NCBI GenBank assembly: GCA_036149055.1
Contig: JAYZQJ010000038.1
Location: 12,343-76,342, forward strand
Length of the DNA: 64,000 nt
Origin: Myxococcota bacterium
GTDB lineage: Bacteria > Myxococcota_A > Polyangia > Polyangiales > Sandaracinaceae
Direction: 5' to 3'
This document shows, piece by piece, positions 61,338 through 64,000 of this stretch (positions are counted from its first letter, which is position 1; each line of letters starts with the position of its first letter). Both the position numbers and the translations under genes were made by a program. The notes under the pieces are model-generated. The model was given only the letters and a program-made list of their open reading frames with translations, had not been told where the DNA came from and made no database searches.

Positions 61338-63794
61338 GTGGCCGCTTCCAGGCTCGTGTTCGCCGCGCTGATCACCCTCGGCGCCTGCTCGGTCGAAGGG
61401 CCGCCCGCACCTCCGGAGCCGGGGCTCGACCCGGTCCCGGTGGACGGCGACGCCGGCGACTGCGGCGCGCCCGCGGAGGGCTGCGCTTGCCAGCCCGACC
61501 GCGAGCCGATCGACTGCTATCTCGACCCGCTGGTCCAGGACGACGGCACGCTCGTCTGCCAGCGCGGCACCCGCTACTGCCAGGGGCGCGCCTGGACCGG
61601 CTGCCAGTCGGTCCACGCCTACACCCTGCGCGCGCCCGAGGGCACCTCGCCGCTCATCACCGGCCCGACGAGCTGCAACCCGTGCGATCCGACCTGCGCG
61701 GTGAGCCGGGACGTGCCGACCACCGGCGACCTGCCCGGCCGCAGCACCGACGTCGAGTACGACCCGGGCGCCGGCGGCATCCGCCTGCGCACCGACGGCA
61801 CGGGCCCGGCGCCGCTGCCCGACTCCGACGGGGACGGCGTGCCCGACATCGCCGACGAGTGCGTGGGCCCGGGGGCCTACCGCGCGGCCGACGGGAGCTG
61901 CTACGGCGACACCTTCTTCTTCCACGAGCTGCCCTACGGCGGCCCGGCGGAGATCGATCCGCTCGACGTGCGGGTCCAGGTGCGGACGGCGGACGTCTAC
62001 TTCCTCATGGACACCACCGGGTCCATGGGCGGCGAGATCTTCAACCTCCAGCGCGACCTGACCGCGGGCAGCTTCATCAGCGGCTGCGGCGGCGGCATCA
62101 TCGGCGCGATCCGCTGCACCATCCCCGACGCCTGGTTCGGCGTCGGCGCTCACGACGACTACCCGGTCAGCCCCTACGGGAGCGGCCCCTCCGGCGACGT
62201 CGTCTACGAGAACTTCCAGGACATCACCTCGAGCGTCTCGGCCGCGCAGACCGCGGTGAACCGGCTCCGTCTCCACTACGGTATGGACGGCCCCGAGTCG
62301 CAGACCCAGGGGCTGTGGGCGGTGGCCACCGGCGGCGGCCTCGGGCCGTACCTGTCGCCCAACGGCCCCTGCCCCGCCGGCGGCTGGGGCTACCCCTGCT
62401 TCCGGCCCGGCACGATCCCGGTCCTGCTGCTCTTCACCGACGCGCCGTTCCACAACGGGCCCTACGGCTACGACTACGCGATCGGCGGCGCGACCCTGCC
62501 GCCCACCACCGCGGTGAGCGGCAACGACACGCAGGCGAGCGCGCGCTTCACCGGCGACGCGGCGACGACCTGGACCGGCTGGACCGGCAACACCTGCTCG
62601 GCGGCCAACAACTACTCCGCGCCTTGCCTCTGGGACTCGTCGCGGGACGTGGTCTTCCGCTTCACCGTCTCGACCCGCGAGTCGATCACGATCTCCACCG
62701 AGGGCTCCGGCTACGACACCGCGATGATGTTGATGGACTCGTCCTTCAACTCGATCGCCTGTGACGACGACGGCGGCCCGGGCGGCACCTCGCTCATCGA
62801 GCGCACCCTCAACCCGGGCACCTACTACGTGGTCGTGCTGGGCTACGGGACCAACTGCGGCCCCTACCGGCTCTCGATCGGGCGCGCGGCGTCGCGCTGG
62901 CCGGCAACCTGGAGCGACACCGTCGCCGCCCTCAACGCCACCGGCATCCGGGTGATCACCGTGCACTCCGGCGGCAGCTACGGCCGCGACGACGCCAACG
63001 CCCTCGCGGACGCCACGGCCAGCTACTCGAGCTCCGGCGCGCGCTACGTGTTCCCGATCAGCTCGAACGGCAGCGGCCTCGGCCGCTCGGTCGTCGACGC
63101 GGTGGTCGACCTCGCGAACTACAACCGGATGGACATCACCGCGCGAGCGACCGACGACCCCGCGACCCCGATCGACGAGCGCGGCTTCGTCGACTCGATC
63201 ACCGCGGTCGGCTGGGGCCCCGGCAGCTGCGCGGGCATCAGCGGCGGCCGGACGTTCGTGCAGTGCCTGCCCGGCACCAACGTCGACTTCCGGATCGCGT
63301 TCCGGAACGACATCGTGATGCCGACGATGACCGCGCAGGTCTTCGACTTCTTCATCGAGGTCGTGGGCGACGGCAGCTTCGTGCTCGAGCGCGTGCCGGT
63401 CCGCATTCTGGTGCCGCCCAACCGCCCGGCCTACCCGCCGGAGGGCAGCTACTGGCGCGACTACGACAGCACCGTGCACTGCGCCGACAACGAGCGCCCC
63501 GACTGGGGCAACCTGACGTGGACGACGACGTCGATGCCGTCGGGCACGAGCGTGCGCTGGGAGCTCCGCGCGGCCGAGACCCTCGCCGCGCTTCCGGGCA
63601 CGACGCCGGTGACCTTCACCGCGCCCCCGACGACCCCGCCCATCGACGTGGCCAACCGCCTCGCCGGCGCGGGCGTCCCGAACGGGCTGCCGTTCCTGCG
63701 GGTCACCGCGGTGCTGCGGGCGAACGCGGACCGGAGCGCGACCCCGGTGCTGCAGAGCTTCGAGACCCGATTCACCTGTGTCCCCACCGAGTAG
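61338..63794 (+). CDS. Cys-rich lipoprotein with an integrin-beta-like vWA domain (paralog 2, tandem duplicate)
   Basis: GTG start; lipobox ITLGAC; same domain order and high identity to 58695-61187; both end FETRF.CVPTE. Confidence 0.8.
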   Translation: MAASRLVFAALITLGACSVEGPPAPPEPGLDPVPVDGDAGDCGAPAEGCACQPDREPIDCYLDPLVQDDGTLVCQRGTRYCQGRAWTGCQSVHAYTLRAPEGTSPLITGPTSCNPCDPTCAVSRDVPTTGDLPGRSTDVEYDPGAGGIRLRTDGTGPAPLPDSDGDGVPDIADECVGPGAYRAADGSCYGDTFFFHELPYGGPAEIDPLDVRVQVRTADVYFLMDTTGSMGGEIFNLQRDLTAGSFISGCGGGIIGAIRCTIPDAWFGVGAHDDYPVSPYGSGPSGDVVYENFQDITSSVSAAQTAVNRLRLHYGMDGPESQTQGLWAVATGGGLGPYLSPNGPCPAGGWGYPCFRPGTIPVLLLFTDAPFHNGPYGYDYAIGGATLPPTTAVSGNDTQASARFTGDAATTWTGWTGNTCSAANNYSAPCLWDSSRDVVFRFTVSTRESITISTEGSGYDTAMMLMDSSFNSIACDDDGGPGGTSLIERTLNPGTYYVVVLGYGTNCGPYRLSIGRAASRWPATWSDTVAALNATGIRVITVHSGGSYGRDDANALADATASYSSSGARYVFPISSNGSGLGRSVVDAVVDLANYNRMDITARATDDPATPIDERGFVDSITAVGWGPGSCAGISGGRTFVQCLPGTNVDFRIAFRNDIVMPTMTAQVFDFFIEVVGDGSFVLERVPVRILVPPNRPAYPPEGSYWRDYDSTVHCADNERPDWGNLTWTTTSMPSGTSVRWELRAAETLAALPGTTPVTFTAPPTTPPIDVANRLAGAGVPNGLPFLRVTAVLRANADRSATPVLQSFETRFTCVPTE

Positions 63795-63829
63795 CCGGCG
63801 CAACGCGCCGCCCGTGCGCGCGCTTCGGT

Positions 63830-64000
63830 GACAAATAATCTCTCGCAGAGACGCAGAGGCGCAGAGGGGCAGCGGGATGGAGGCTCGCCGGGTCGTGCCT
63901 GACTGCCGTTCTCTCTGCGGGCTTCGGTGGCTTTTTGTGCTCTCGCAAAGGCGCGAAGCCGCCAAGGGGGTGGGTGGCCGCGGGATGGGGGCTCGCCGGG
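63830..64000 (+). repeat. Further copies of the intergenic repeat family, truncated by the window end
   Basis: TCTCGCAGAGACGCAGAGGCGCAGAGGGG at about 63841. GCTTCGGTGGCTTTTTGTGCTCTCGCAAAGG..GGTGGCCGCGGGATGG closely matches 32380-32446. Confidence 0.85.

Overview
This is a very GC-rich window from a myxobacterium (Myxococcota, probably Sandaracinaceae/Polyangia-like), judged from a MYXO-CTERM protein, a TonB-fused receptor, a CorE-type sigma factor and many Cys-rich lipoproteins. In order, it holds: a LamG/CxxCH lipoprotein; an FG-GAP MYXO-CTERM surface protein; a stand-alone C-A-T-TE NRPS; a zinc/metal uptake block (TonB receptor, lipoprotein, Fur/Zur regulator, two DUF318 permeases); and a copper island (His-rich lipoprotein, TolC, two multicopper oxidases, diheme cytochrome c, APC permease, CopA, CorE-like ECF sigma, CopZ, cupredoxin). 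It continues with DUF779-aldehyde dehydrogenase and a divergent sigma54 activator; a non-coding repeat array; a CPBP protease, gltX and an M16 peptidase pair; a sigma54-preceded cluster of an outer-membrane protein and two giant metzincin lipoproteins; pdhABC; a FAD-linked oxidase; and four lipoproteins, two of them integrin-beta-like paralogs. The strongest signals read directly from the DNA are a GTAA-N17-CGTC ECF promoter motif found four times in the copper island, a dispersed ~100-108 bp repeat family always co-oriented downstream of stop codons, the sigma54 barrel/metalloprotease cluster, and the integrin-beta-like pair with an inserted PPC-like domain. All product calls come from motif recognition without database searches, and start codons are my own choices.
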